Positions 51,506-64,000 of a stretch of 64,000 nucleotides of DNA are shown one piece after another (within the stretch, counting starts at the first letter, position 1; every line of letters starts with the position of its first letter). The notes under the pieces are model-generated. The model was not told the DNA's origin and ran no database searches. It saw only the letters and a program-made list of their open reading frames with translations. A program made the translations under genes and the position numbers. Where the stretch lies: positions 9,362,001 through 9,426,000 of the forward strand of contig JAGIQG010000040.1 in the NCBI GenBank assembly GCA_024679065.1, given 5' to 3'. The DNA is from Sphyrna mokarran (lineage: Eukaryota).

Positions 51506-52534
51506 GTTCTATTCTGTAGAGAGTTACTGTCATTTCCTGATACTATTGTTCTGAAACTCTCCTCAAGCTCAGCTCACTTACATTCAATTAAGCTCTAACA
51601 CTCAAAGTTCTTCAATAGAATTACTTCATTCAAATGAATGCGTTTAGTTCAGAAATCTTGTTCAGATCAATTAATGTGCTTCATTTTACCAGATAAAGTG
51701 AAAACTTGATTTCATTATCGGACTTGGGAATTCACAACTACTTAGTTCGATGTTGATTCCGTTTAACACAATGATCAAATCCATATTCCTTCATGCAAAT
51801 GTTCCTGTCTCTGCTGCTCTAGAGGTACAGGATTGGTTTGATATAAAATGAAAATCCCTCTACATTGTTCCGTCATGTATGCCTGCAGGAGGGCTTAATT
51901 CAGTTTAGTTAGAAATGCAACGTCTACAAGACACAATCAGAAACTTGGAATGCTGTGGTGATTAACTCAATCCGCTTCCCCAAAAGATTTTGATGCCTGC
52001 AAAGCATGTCTGTGGTTCGATAATTTCCACTTTGTTAATCAGTGAAATGAGGGAAAATCAAAGAAATTCGTTACCGTCCAGGACAGAGGAACCCACAGAC
52101 TAGCCCCCTTTCACCATATAGAACCTTCATCCCCTCCACCAGGACTCACATGGCGGCACTGTATAACATATACAAAATATACTGCAGCAACTTGCCGGAA
52201 CTCCTTCTACAATGTTTCCCACACCCACAATTTTCGTCACCTAGAAGTACAGGTGCATCAGATATTGAGAGCAGCACCAGCTGCAAGTTCCTCTCCAAGC
52301 CACTGACAATTCAGGCTTGTAAATGGAGCACTGTTGCTTCGGGGCCGCTTAATCAAAATCCTGGAATTCCCCTCCGTAAAATTATGAGTGTTCCCATATC
52401 ACGTGAACTGCAGCAGTTTAACGAGGCGACATAAAAGCATTTTTAAAGAGATAATTACATATAGACAACAAGCGCTAGCCAGCCCTGTAAAATTCCATGA
52501 TTGTGTTCAAATATGCCAGATTATTAAACTCTAC

Positions 52535-52850
52535 TGACAGCAAGGTGGTGCAGTGGTTATCACTGCAGACTCACAACGCCAGGCCCTCGGATTTGTTTGT
52601 CAGATCTGATTGCCGCTTGGGTGACTGTCTGTGTGGAGTACACATGTTCTGCCTGTGTCTGCCTGAGTTTCCCCCTGCTGCTCCCGTTTCCTCCCACAGT
52701 CCAAAAGACATGTTGGTTAGGTGCATTGGCCATGCTAAATTTTCCCTCTGTGTATCCAATCAAGAACTGGAAAATTGTCACTAGGGGCTTTTCACAGTGA
52801 CTCCTTTACAATGTTTATTTAAATCTACCTGTGACACTAATAAATAAACA
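52535..52850 (+). mobile_element. tRNA-derived SINE
   Basis: GGTGGTGCAGTGGTTA head, TGTGTGGAG core, GTGACACTAATAAA tail. Confidence 0.8.
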
Positions 52851-55666
52851 TTGCCCTATTAAGTACAGCAAGAACTGCTAAAGGAAGGATTGAAATAGAA
52901 CAAACCGCCCATCGTACTCCCAAATTCAATATTCCCAAGACCGATACATCACTGATCAAAAATAATCAAATCTACTTCTACAGTCTGAAATTTCTGAATT
53001 GTCCTTTCTGTCTGTCACACTCTGGGTTAGGAATCTCATTTCTGGAGCGCCTGGTCAAACCTCAAATCACACTTTCACATTCCTCACAGAAGCAAATTAA
53101 TCAATTTTCATTCCCTGAAATACAGAATTAGAAACAGAAAGTTCAAAGCCAGTGAGGAGGGTGACCACACGCACAGGAACAGGACACAAACGATGCAACA
53201 ACCAAGCTCCGAGCAGATAGATCTGTTTAATCTGCTAATATCTTTCAAACCGTTTGATTCTAATTGGTCAAAGGTTAACTTACAATAAAAAAAATCGATA
53301 ACCTCTTTGAATATAAGCTGATATTCGTTACTAAACTCCAGTTGGAATAACAGCTATTTCTCGTTGTCCATATAAGATCTCGAAACTGGGGCAATGCAGT
53401 TAGGCTGAAATGGAGCAAATCAAATCTAATAGATTCTTATTGCGTAGATGACCGTAACGAATACGCAGTGATAGGGTAATAATTAAACAAATCAGGGAAT
53501 GTTCACGTTGAAACAGGATTACCCACTGATTTGGTCCAGTTCTATCATTAAATATTTTCAAAAAAATAATCAACCCAAAACAGCCTATTGAGCTGAGCAC
53601 AGCGAAGTAAATAAAATTTGTTTTCTAAGTTTATTTCAGGCATACTGAAATTCGTATTGTTTTGATATTTTGTGCACGTGTGTACAATTCAATTATGGGA
53701 ACTCATTTATATTGAATTATGTGACAAGTTATTATTAATTATCTGTTAGTTTCGCAGTTAGTCGCTTTTTACGCAGTTATAAAAATAATTAAAGTAATTA
53801 GGTTTCAAAAATCCAAACCTTCTTCCCACTGAACAATGTGAAATAATTTGTGTCTAATTAAAATAGCTGAACAATTCAATACTATTAAGCGATAGATACG
53901 GGAATGGAAACATTCAGACATGCATAAAACTTTTACTAAACGTCGGGCATATTTGAATGTTTTGCTTTTTTGAACTTTTACACCACATGTCCCGATTTAA
54001 CTCACAAAAATGCGTATTTTTGAGCGCATTGCTAAAAAATAAAGTCAATATTTTGAACATTGTATATAATATAAAATTGTCAGCAATTTCTCATGAGTAC
54101 AAGTGTTCATTAGAGTTAATAACACTGACTAACTTGTATATAATTAATTATACTGTGCTATTGAACAAGATTCATTCTAATGACTAAAATCTGATGAGAA
54201 CAACTTATTCACATTGCCTGCGGCACTTAAACATGATGAACAAACAGAATCTATATTTTACTTTTCAATATGATTTTTAATATGAATAAAGCATAAGCTA
54301 AGATATAAGCTGTTTTTCTATCCCCGTCATCGTTTCCATTTATAATACTCTCTCGTGCACAGTTACACGAGAAAGGATATTATTATTAAATGCAAAGTTA
54401 ATATTAACCTTTTGCATTTGAATCAATCTTTTTTTGAATTTCAAGCTTCCTCTTTTCACTCTCTCGTGATATGCATTCTGAAAATTCCTACAAAGCAAAT
54501 AAAATCACCTGAACAATCTCTTGACGACCAACGATTTCCATCATTTAGAACATTTCTGAAGATCAGAAATGTGAATGTTCCAATTACATCAAGTTGATAC
54601 TAATAGTACCGGTAGTATATCAAATTAGTCTTGAACGTCACGTGTTTTATTCACATTGCGCCGTATATTAAACATTTTACGCATTAATATTTGAAGTGGG
54701 TGGTAACACTGCCGCCATCGCATGGCACGGAAGTGAAACATTGCAAAACGCCAAGCACGTTGTGAACGAGCGTCGTAAACCGTGGCTTCATTTAATCATT
54801 GAAAGTTTATAAATGCACCAAGAGCTGTTTGCTATCTACAACCGTGATTCAAGCAATTTCAAACGCGTATTTTTTGTAAGAATCAGAAAATCTGTAACCG
54901 TTCAGTGGCACCTGAATTAAACAATGCAGAAAGTCCAAGCCGTTCCAGAAATTCTTACATATTCGTTTTCATTCAAACTCGCAATCTCTTCATCCAAAAA
55001 AAACCAAATTATATCATTTAGAAGCAGTTCAATTCTATAATTGATTTCCAGCAAAATCAAATGCAACATTGCAAGGAAATCTCAATCTAGAATCTACCAA
55101 ATCCACCTGCTAACAAGTGAATGGATAGTTTAGCAACACATAAACAACAGCTTTATGGATAAACGGGACAGGTATAATACATTAAGATAGAAAGCTTAGT
55201 ATATTTTGTTAACATTGGGTTAGGTTACATACAATTATACTGTTAATGGTACAACCTGCAGCCATCAGATGACACCAGATTAAACCTCGTAAAAATGCCA
55301 AACGTTTTTCGACACTTGAAAAAACTGGTGACTTAGTTGTATTGTCACTGGCTAGTAATATAGAGATCCAGGGAAAGATCTGGAACCCGAAGATTGAAAC
55401 AGATGGAGGTTGAACAATAAATAAAACAATAATAAAACAATAAAAATCTTGATTTATCTCACATCCCTTAGGAGATTGTTTTCTAAATCACCGACACAAC
55501 ATGCTGAGCGTATAAACACCAAATTACAAAAAAAAATTTCCATAACCTCGTTTCAGCAGAATCACATTGTTAAAATTTCTCAGTCCACTTTACAGTTAAA
55601 ACAGAGAGAAAAAAAATGAACAAAAACATAAATGAAGCCATTACCGAATTAATGTATTTGTCTTAC

Positions 55667-55714
55667 CTGCAGTCACCACCACCATGGTCCCTTTTCCCCA
55701 GTAGCCGAATGAAT
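55667..55714 (-). CDS. IGHJ: IgH cluster B JH (SFGYWGKGTMVVVTA)
   Basis: WGxG motif, donor G|GTAAG; 48 bp like cluster A JH. Confidence 0.95.
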
Positions 55715-55753
55715 CACAGTGTTACAATATCTGTGCTAGGTCATACAATAACT
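55715..55753 (-). other. JH 23-RSS, cluster B
   Basis: + strand CACAGTG-23-ACAATAACT. Confidence 0.94.
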
Positions 55754-56062
55754 GTACCTGCACAGAATAAAAAATTACTTTAACTATTTACAAAATCTGC
55801 CAAAGCAAAGTCAACTTGAATTTTCATATTATTGCAGTTATCATATTATTCCTTATTCATAATTGACCCAAATATTTAAGATTGCATAGAAGAACACGTC
55901 AGCATGTTACGGTAAACTGAATTACTGATAACTGAATTACTATGAAAGATCATCCATGTATAATTATTTGAACAGTCCTGGACAATAATAAACCTGCTCT
56001 GCGAATAGAGTTGGATTATAAAAATGAACACACATCCAATCTCAGTCAGTTACTGCTGAACA

Positions 56063-56090
56063 GCTTTTTGTATTGAGACTAATTGCCGTG
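56063..56090 (-). other. Residual D2-type 12-RSS (CACGGCA-12-ACAAAAAGC) after the joined VDD
   Basis: Heptamer 56090-56084, spacer 56083-56072, nonamer 56071-56063; distance to J-RSS (~310 bp) matches the D2-J distance in cluster A (~325 bp). Confidence 0.9.
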
Positions 56091-56420
56091 ATACCCGGTA
56101 ATCACTGCCACTGCTGTGTCTTGCACAGTAATAGTTGGCGGTGTCTTCAAACTTCAGATTCTTAATTATCAAATCGAAGAAGTTGTTTGACGTGTCTTTG
56201 GAAGCAGTAAGTCGGCTCTGAAGTGTTGGAGTGTACCGGTTATCCGATGGAGAATAGTAGTGAACCAACCACTCTAGTCCCTGTCCAGGAACCTGTTTGA
56301 TCCAGTGCATGACGTAAAGACCAAGGTCGAAGCCACTGGTTTTACAGGTCAGTCTCAAAGAGCCACCAGAATGCCCGGTCTCTGCCTTCGGCTAAGTTAA
56401 AATAACCTCCGACTGGATAC
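56091..56420 (-). pseudogene. IGHV: IgH cluster B VH, pre-joined V-D-D, with nonsense codon in FR1
   Basis: [30 protein letters not shown]...WIKQ...[14 protein letters not shown]; TAG at 56394-56392 where cluster A has CAG; no 23-RSS after CAR. Confidence 0.92.
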
Positions 56421-56547
56421 CTGTATTTTTTTTTAAAAGAGGATTAATCCTGATGAAACGATTGCTGACTCTGGAATCTTTTAGAGATAGGCTAACACTG
56501 AGACAGTAACAATGAGAGACTTAGGCAATAATAAAAAAAACACTCAC

Positions 56548-56593
56548 CGCATAAGAAACTCAGCAACAAACTGAGAGAAATCGCCGAGATCAT
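56548..56593 (-). CDS. IGHV: IgH cluster B leader exon (MISAISLSLLLSFLC/G)
   Basis: ATG 56593-56591, donor G|GTGAG, homologous to cluster A leader. Confidence 0.93.
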
Positions 56594-59500
56594 CTTTCTG
56601 GTCAGTTGGATGAAAAGGTTGTATCAGGAACTCAGTGAACAAATCAGCTCCCGGACTGTTGGACTCTGGTCCTGATGAATGGCATAAATACCCAGCAGAA
56701 GGTTGGGGGGGGCGGTGCGGGGGGGTGGTGGTGGTGGAGGAATACTCTATCGCCGTTAGTGATCCATTGGTGGAGGGGCAACTAGAGGCCCCACCTTCCA
56801 CAGGCCATCAGACTGGACTCTGAGATTTACAATAGGTTAATATTAAAATTGACATTTTCTCGGTATCCAATATTTGTTAGACTGGAGTTAAAGCCTGCAT
56901 TATTTCTCATGGGACTATTGCAGCTCATCACTGCTTCATTAAAAAAAAATCCATTGTAAATATGGTCCATTTATGTGCAAAGGCAAAAAGGATTAAATTA
57001 CATTTCCAGGGAATAAAGGGACCACTATCTATTTTGCAACAATTCCAGGTCTCTGTCACATTATACTCTCATTTAAGACTAAAGCTTAATTGATCAAATG
57101 AATTATTGTTGATTTCTGTAAATCAGTGCGTAGATTTAATAGAAAGAAAATCTATTTACAATGTGGATGGCTTGTAGTTTGGGCTTGTAGTTAATAAGAA
57201 TTTCCTCGTATTATTAAGTGTGTCCTGAGATTTCTCAAAAAGCCGCTGAGCAGAAGCCATCCCTGCGAAAATTAACAATATCAGTAAGCAGCCTGCTTGA
57301 TAATCAGTGAGTTGACAGAGAAACATAATATTGACATCAACTGCTGGCAGTAAAGCTAATGAATCAGAGGGGATATGGTGATCAGTAAACTTCTCCTTCA
57401 GCATCCAAATCATTGCAGCTCATATTATTGGCACCGGTTGTGGAACAGTTACTGGTATGGGGAACACAGGATATCAGACTTCGTGACATATCACACAATA
57501 TTACAAGAAAAATGGTTTATCTTCCATTGAATCAGATTATAACTAATAATTCATCCACTCACTGGCAGCTGTGAGACGGACTGGTAAATCATAGAAATCA
57601 GATGTACAAGAGATCACAGATATAAGGGACGCTGCCGTTTAACTGAGATGTGTTCAGAATATTCCAGAAACCCCTGCTGTCCAAGGCAGTTTTATGATTT
57701 TTTTTCAATTTTATTTATTTACTTACTTATTGCCATTTTGCTCATCCCATTTGGTTTGGTGGATTGGGATCATCAGCATCTATCTCTCATATTTCATGAC
57801 GTTGTTCACAAACAGGCTTTACTTATTGAAATGGCATTTAATTCAACGTTTTAAAAATTAAATGCCATTCTATCATCCTACTATTTCCTCAACTATTTAA
57901 TCATATTATAAATACGGTATTCATTGAAAGTACGTACTTAAAATGAATAAAATGCTATAACTGTATGATAATTAAACATTTATTGTTCAAATGATCTTTG
58001 TTTCCCATTCATCTTCAAGCTAATTTGTTCCGCACAGTATTTGAGAGCAATTCAACCTGCTGCCAAATGCCCAAAGTTATTTACTGGAAGCATCTGGAGG
58101 TACTGCTCAGTAAATCAATGATCTGTTTCCTCGGTATTGACTGCTTGGCTGCAGGTCAACTTCAAATTAATCACATTGTCAATGGAGTCTATTTAGAACC
58201 AAATCTGCTCAGCAATAGTACTGGTGGGAATTTATCTTTTCAAAGTTGTTAACTCTATGAGTTTTCCCTCTTCTCAGGGAAGGAATATTACTCAGCTTCA
58301 CTGACACCCTATTAGCAACAATGATACTTTCTGCAACACATCAGTTCATTGTGACGAATGGATAGAAAGAAACACAGGCAGTCTGTGAGAGATGGCTCAG
58401 AGAGAGGATACACAACAATGCATATTACAGAAACACACGTATATTTGTGTTTTCTTTCCCTTCAGTCTTCCATGGGATGTGGAACTCACTGTCGGCACCA
58501 ACGTCCGTTTCCTGTGCTGAACTGATATTAAACTGAGTGCTTTGCTGGGGCTTCTCAGAAGATGTTGAACAGTCAGATACATTGCTGTCAATCTGGAACC
58601 ACGATCTAGTGAGATCAGGTAGGGATGGCAGATTTCCTTCACTGGTTGTAATTATTAAGTGAATGCAAATTCCACCAGCTTTCCTGGTCGGATATATATC
58701 TGCGTCCTCATAACACTGGCCTGGCCCTCTGTAACACTGATCAATGATATCATTATAAGGCCATGTCCCCAAAGTGAAAGGGATGATTGTGTTGATGCAA
58801 CAATAAATGCTAGTTGGAAGCCTGCATATCTTGATTGAGGAATCGGTTAATGGATTGATCGGTGTATCGATGGTGGGCCTGAAACATGCTGTTCTGCATT
58901 CTCATATTCCTTTTGTCGACTTTGTTCTTTGAAACAGTTTCTTTTGTCAGTCTATTTCTTTCAATCCTTCCAAATATTCCGGATGAATTTAATCCCTATA
59001 TTACCGGGGACTAGCAAAGCGAACCACAGTAACAGAAGAAGAGGGCTTTCTTGTGGTACTGGTGGTTATTTTCTATACTGATGGTAAATCTTCATATCCA
59101 AGTTAGAGAGCAAAAACATGATTAAGTTGAGGAGGGACTATTGTAGAATTGGAACACGCAATCTTTTCAAGCGCAACAAATCACTAAATAAATCCTCACT
59201 CAAATTGGAGAAGGAACGGGGTTAAAAAATATCAATGTGGCAACATAAAAAATGTGGCACTCACTGGACAGTTACAGGGGTTAAATCGCTGTCCAAAAGA
59301 GCGTAGTAATGATTTGGGATCATATGATTAATCAGTTCACGTTAGGTACAAGTGGTTTCATTTACGCAATCACCATTAAAATGATCATAATTCGAGTTAT
59401 ATATCAGGAGTTTCTGTGTGATGATGAGGTGATTACTTGTCAATAAAGCGTAGAGGCTGCTGGGTAGCTGCTTCTAATTCTCGGTCTGATTTAATTCCAT

Positions 59501-59849
59501 TCCCCACTGAATTCGGGGCAGATTTGATTCCGTGCTGTCAGAAAGGTCAGTGTGAATACTGTACAACTTAATCGCACTAAGTCATACTGAATAAGTTGCA
59601 TTTACATTTCTTATAAAATAAAATGCTGAAAATAATTGGTGAAATAATGACTTTGCTTTGTGAATTGATGACGGTTAGTACAAACGGTTTTTTGTACTTA
59701 ATGATTTATGATTATTGGTAACGTTCGAGCAACAGGATTGTCAGGCAGTAAGTATCACCAACAAGGAAACCATGGTCTCTTGACATTGGATGGCAGTACA
59801 ATCGCTGGATTCCCAGTTATAAGCATGCTGGGGATGAGCACTGTCCAAC

Positions 59850-60600
59850 CACCGATGTGCACCAATTATATAAATGCTCCGGCTTGATATCGGGTCATAT
59901 GCTAGGAATCTTTCGGCGAGTAACTCATTTCCTGTCTTTTCCTCGAAACGTGTCCAACATCTACAAGACACAAATCAGGAGTGCCATGGGATTATCGCTG
60001 CTTCGCTGGATGAGTGCAACTGAAATATCATTCAAGAAGGTTACTACCATTTAGGGCAAGCCAACCTGCTTGATTGGCAAAAGAGTTGTTAGCACGCACT
60101 CCATCCATATTCATTCAACAGGAGAAGCATAGTGTAACTTCTATGTGATGCACTTTAGAAACTCACCAAAGACGCTTAGGTAACGTAATCCATCCGAGTG
60201 ATAGTTGCCATTTAGAAGGACAACAGTAATGTTTACCGAGGAACATCACCATCCCGAGATTTTCCAGCAAGTCACTAATAACCCTGACTTGGAAATATAT
60301 CATCATTCCTTCACTGCCGCTGTGAATACTTTCCCTAACATCATTGTGGGTGTACCTACACATCAGGGACTGCAGCGGTTCAAGAAGGTAGCTGGTGGGT
60401 ACATGATTAGAGAGAGTCCGAGTAAGAATAGAACTTTCATTTAGTTTATTTAGGGTATCCTGATCAGCTTGCAGGACCGAAGGAACTGTTACTGTGCTGT
60501 ACTCTTCATTGTTCTTTGTTCTCATCAAGGGCACTTAGTGATAAGCAATAAATACTGGCCTAGCTACTGATACCTGCAACCTGGAGATTAATGTTGCAAT
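59850..60600 (+). mobile_element. Degraded non-LTR retrotransposon 3' part; related pieces at ~640-960, 9880-10050, 52050-52480
   Basis: IYKTQIRSAM motif and shared CTGCAGCGGTTCAAGAAGG...AATAAATACTGGCC tail. Confidence 0.6.
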
Positions 60601-61210
60601 ATATTCATCTTCATGGATGCTAATGGTGAATAATAATTTAAAAAATTGTAAATGATGAAAACAATTGTTATCTTTCTTAGTATTTATGATCTTTTCTGTT
60701 GGCAAATTGGATCGGTTCCACAGGAGATGCATGATTCAAAAATATCACACTGTTTGAAAACAAAACAGACACTTTAAATTCATCATCTGCTTGCAACTGG
60801 ATTATCTGACGTGCATTGCAATGTCTGTGTTGGAATATTTTCTCTGTACAACATTTATTTTGTACGTTTTTACCTTACTTTTGTCAATCCACATCAAACT
60901 CTAAAACTCTACCAAATCAGATAATATCTCTTCGCTTAGTCAGTTTCAATTATCGTACATACGCAGGCACCCAGGACCCGGGCCTGGCAGCTGCGAGGAA
61001 TCAATTTTCAATTTTTGGCTTAAGACGCCTTGTGACTGAAAAGCTGAATCATAAAAATCTCAGAAGAAAATTAATGCCAGATTCAGGCCACTGACCTCTG
61101 ACCCTAGATGTCAGCTGATCCTCACCGCAGATTACTGGAAGTTTCAAATTGTTGCAAATTCTATCACATGCCAGAGTAAACTAAGCAGTCAAACAAAATG
61201 TTATATTCAT

Positions 61211-62275
61211 GTGCAGGTTCACAAGTCTCTGAAGGTGTCCTCACAGGTGGAGAAGGTGATAAAGAAGGCGTATAGTATGTTAGCTTTCATAGAAAAGGGT
61301 ATAGAATACAAGAGTAGGAGTTTGATGTTGCAGTTGTATACAACTTTGGTTAGGCCTCACGTGGAATACTGCGCCCAGTTCTGGTCTCCGTACTATCGGA
61401 AGGATGTGGAGTCCTTGGAGAGAGAGCAGAGGAGGTTTACCAGGATGCTGCCTGGTATGGAAGGACTGTCCTATGAGGAACGATTAGATAGACTGGGGTT
61501 GTTTTCCCTTGAAAGACGTCGGCTTAGAGGGGATCTCATAGAGGTGTATAAGATTAAAAGGGGTATAGATAGAGTAAATGGAGGTAAACTTTTTCCACCT
61601 TTAGAAATGGATAGGACGAGAGGTCATGGCCATAGGGTGAGGGGGGCTATGTATAGGACGAATATTAGAGGGCAGTTTTTCAAACAAAGGGTAGTGGGGG
61701 TGTGGAATGCACTGCCGAGTAAGGTGGTGGGAGCAGGCACGCTGGGGCTGTTTAAGGGTCTCTTGGACAGCCACATGAGCGGTATGCAGATAGAGGGATA
61801 TATTAGGACTGTTTAACTACGGCTTTTTTCCACAGGTAATTCGGTCCATAATTTGAGCACGCATTCGGCAGGTGGTGCGGGTACAGCTCTTGGATGTTGA
61901 TTCATGGGTTGCCTGGTACCTCATGTCGTATATGAGTGCTTTATGTGGACCATCTGAAGGGCACCATGACAGCTCAGAGACTATCGATGTGGCTGTGCAG
62001 ACACTTGGAATTGGGCCGGTGTCTGCGGGAGTTTGCGCGTTCTCCCCGTGGTTGCGTGGGTTTTCTCCGGGCACTCTGGTTTCCTCCCACAACCCAAAAA
62101 TTCGCCCTTAGGCTGATTGGGCAACAAATTGTCCCTATAGTGAGAGTCTTCCATATTAGGAATAACCTAAATCTATAATAGGATAATGGAATTGCTACTA
62201 TATAGTTATGACGGCGGCGCGGGCTCGTTGGGCCGAAGGGCCTGTTTCCCGTGCTGTGTTGCTCATAAATCATAA
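61211..62275 (+). mobile_element. CR1-type LINE 3' end (201-aa RT C-terminus) with SINE-like 3' UTR
   Basis: [44 protein letters not shown]. Confidence 0.9.
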
Positions 62276-62854
62276 ATCTCCTCTGTTTAAAAAAAAACTT
62301 GTGGGTTCGGATGCTCTCTTTTAGATGCCACTTTTCTGCACGTAAAGTTCCTTTTCAAAAACTGAGATGAATTCATTGGATAAAAGACAATCAGATCTGA
62401 CTTCTGATTCCAAGCAAGTTCTTATTAACAGTTTAGCAACTGAAGAATATCTCAATCCTGACCTCAAGGAAAGTTTACACTTAATTTTTAAAATACAATT
62501 TTGAAATCCACAAATTTAAAATATTACAATAAGCTATGTATCATACACGTGGCAGAGAAAAGTACACAAAGGACTGATGTACAAGGCTTTACAAGATTTT
62601 CTTCACTATGCAGCTGCTCTTATAGTGCACTTCACTTGCTAAATGTTATGATGTTCTGTTAAAGCATACGCACATGCACAATACAAAATAATGTATCCAC
62701 TCATTTAACTCTCCTCGATTTCTCTCACAGAGCAGCGAACACACTTGAAAGTTTGTATTTTAGAATTATATTCTGTGGGCAAAATTACATCTTGAATTTT
62801 CATTCTTTTCTCCAAGTGATAATCGTCAGTCATTTCCGCCCTAATTAATGGCAT

Positions 62855-63185
62855 CACTGCAGCACAGTGTTTAGCATTGCTTCTTCACAGCTCCAAGGAC
62901 ACGGATTCGATCTCCTGCTCGGGTCTCTCTCTGTGTGGAGTTTGCACGTGCCTCCCTTGTCTGCGTGCGTTTCCTTCGGGTGCTCCGTTTTTCTCCCACA
63001 GACGTGCGGGTTTTGTTGATTGAACTTGCTAAAATTGCTCCTCCCTGTCCTGAGATGCGTATGTTAGAGGCATTAACGTATAAATATGTAAGGATATGGG
63101 AATTACGCCTGGGTGGGATTGTGTTCAGTGCAGACTCTATGGGCCAAATGGCCTGTTTCGACACTATAGTGTTTCTATGATTCTA
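62855..63185 (+). mobile_element. tRNA-derived SINE
   Basis: GATTCGATCTCC B-box-like, TGTGTGGAGTTTGCACG core, TTCTATGATTCTA tail. Confidence 0.82.
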
Positions 63186-63249
63186 ATATCGTTAATCCAC
63201 ATGTTATAAGTTATTTTATTCCTTAAAATTGAAACAGCGTTGCATGAAA

Positions 63250-63545
63250 TACTGAGACCAGCAGCAATCTGTGTGACTGTTCTTGATGCTTTCAGAGCGA
63301 ATTCACCCTCGCAGGCAGGAAGACTGTTCATGATGATAACATCAAACTGGCCCGGGTGATTTTATTGTCAGGTAATACAACTTTCTGTTTCTCTGTTGTC
63401 GGTTCCAAACCGCACATCTCACTTCTGAGCCGAAAATAAATCTGGAGACGGCAATCTGGCAAGAACAAATGTCAATGCGGCCTACATCTGTCCACAGAGT
63501 GAAGGCAGAGTCACACAGATCACGTTGTGGTGACATTTACAAATG
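63250..63545. promoter_or_regulatory. Paralogous conserved block upstream of VH B
   Basis: Colinear with 13921-14201; Ets and paired Runx sites altered. Confidence 0.45.
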
Positions 63546-63654
63546 AACTTGAGCTCTGTTTACATTTTCCATTCCAGATATTAACTGGACAGTCATTGGA
63601 TCTGTCACTCAGCTCACCGGGGTTCCATTAAGGCAGGAAATAATAGCTTGTTAC

Positions 63655-64000
63655 ATAAGATCATAACATTATAAGAACGAGGAGTCGGAATAGGCCATCT
63701 GCCCCTTGAACGTATTGTGGCGTTCAACATGATCATGGCCGATCTCTTCATGGACTCAGCTCCACTTACCCGCCTGCACAGCATAACTCTTAATTTCTTT
63801 ACTATTCGGAAGTGTACCTATCCTTGTCTTGAAAACATAATGAGGTAGCATCAACTGCTTCACTGGACAGGGAATTCCACAGATTCATAACCCGTTGGGT
63901 GAAGAAATTCCTTTTTCAACTCAATCCTAAAACCGATGTCCCTTATTTTGAGGCTATGCCACTTAGTTCCAGTTTCACCTGTCAATGGAAGCAGCTTCCC
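63655..64000 (-). mobile_element. CR1/L2-type LINE 3' end, truncated by window edge
   Basis: ACATAAGA tail and GGAATTCCACAGATTCA motif shared with other LINE tails. Confidence 0.7.

Noticed and set aside
56112-56118. CACAGCA right after CAR as an intact V RSS
   Set aside because: No nonamer at 12 or 23 bp; better explained as D1-derived

Overview
Vertebrate genomic DNA from a shark; the VH sequences, cluster-type IgH layout and CR1/HE1/Penelope repeats point to a galeomorph, possibly carcharhiniform, species (inference). Two head-to-tail IgM heavy-chain miniloci lie on the minus strand, with leader ATGs 51.5 kb apart. Cluster A (3380-5124) is an apparently functional, unrearranged L-VH-D1-D2-JH with 23 / 12-22 / 12-12 / 23 RSSs; its C exons lie left of the window. 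Cluster B (38610-56593) is complete: L, a pre-joined V-D-D that keeps one 12-RSS, an unjoined JH, Cmu1-4 with secretory tail, TM1 and TM2. Its VH has a nonsense codon in FR1 and the expected TM1 acceptor is mutated, but all C exons are open. Between the clusters sits an intact two-exon GPR139-like 7TM receptor gene (325 aa, exons 28941-29007 and 19675-20585) on the same strand. About 14 kb around each V-J is paralogous (1-14200 vs ~49150-63545) and includes a conserved Ets/Runx/E-box block upstream of V and a CTCF-like site downstream of J. The rest is CR1-type LINEs, tRNA-derived SINEs, a Penelope-like remnant with decayed hammerhead motifs, minisatellites and low-complexity tracts. A 134-N gap lies in the cluster B J-C intron. 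Repeat boundaries and identities are estimated by eye.
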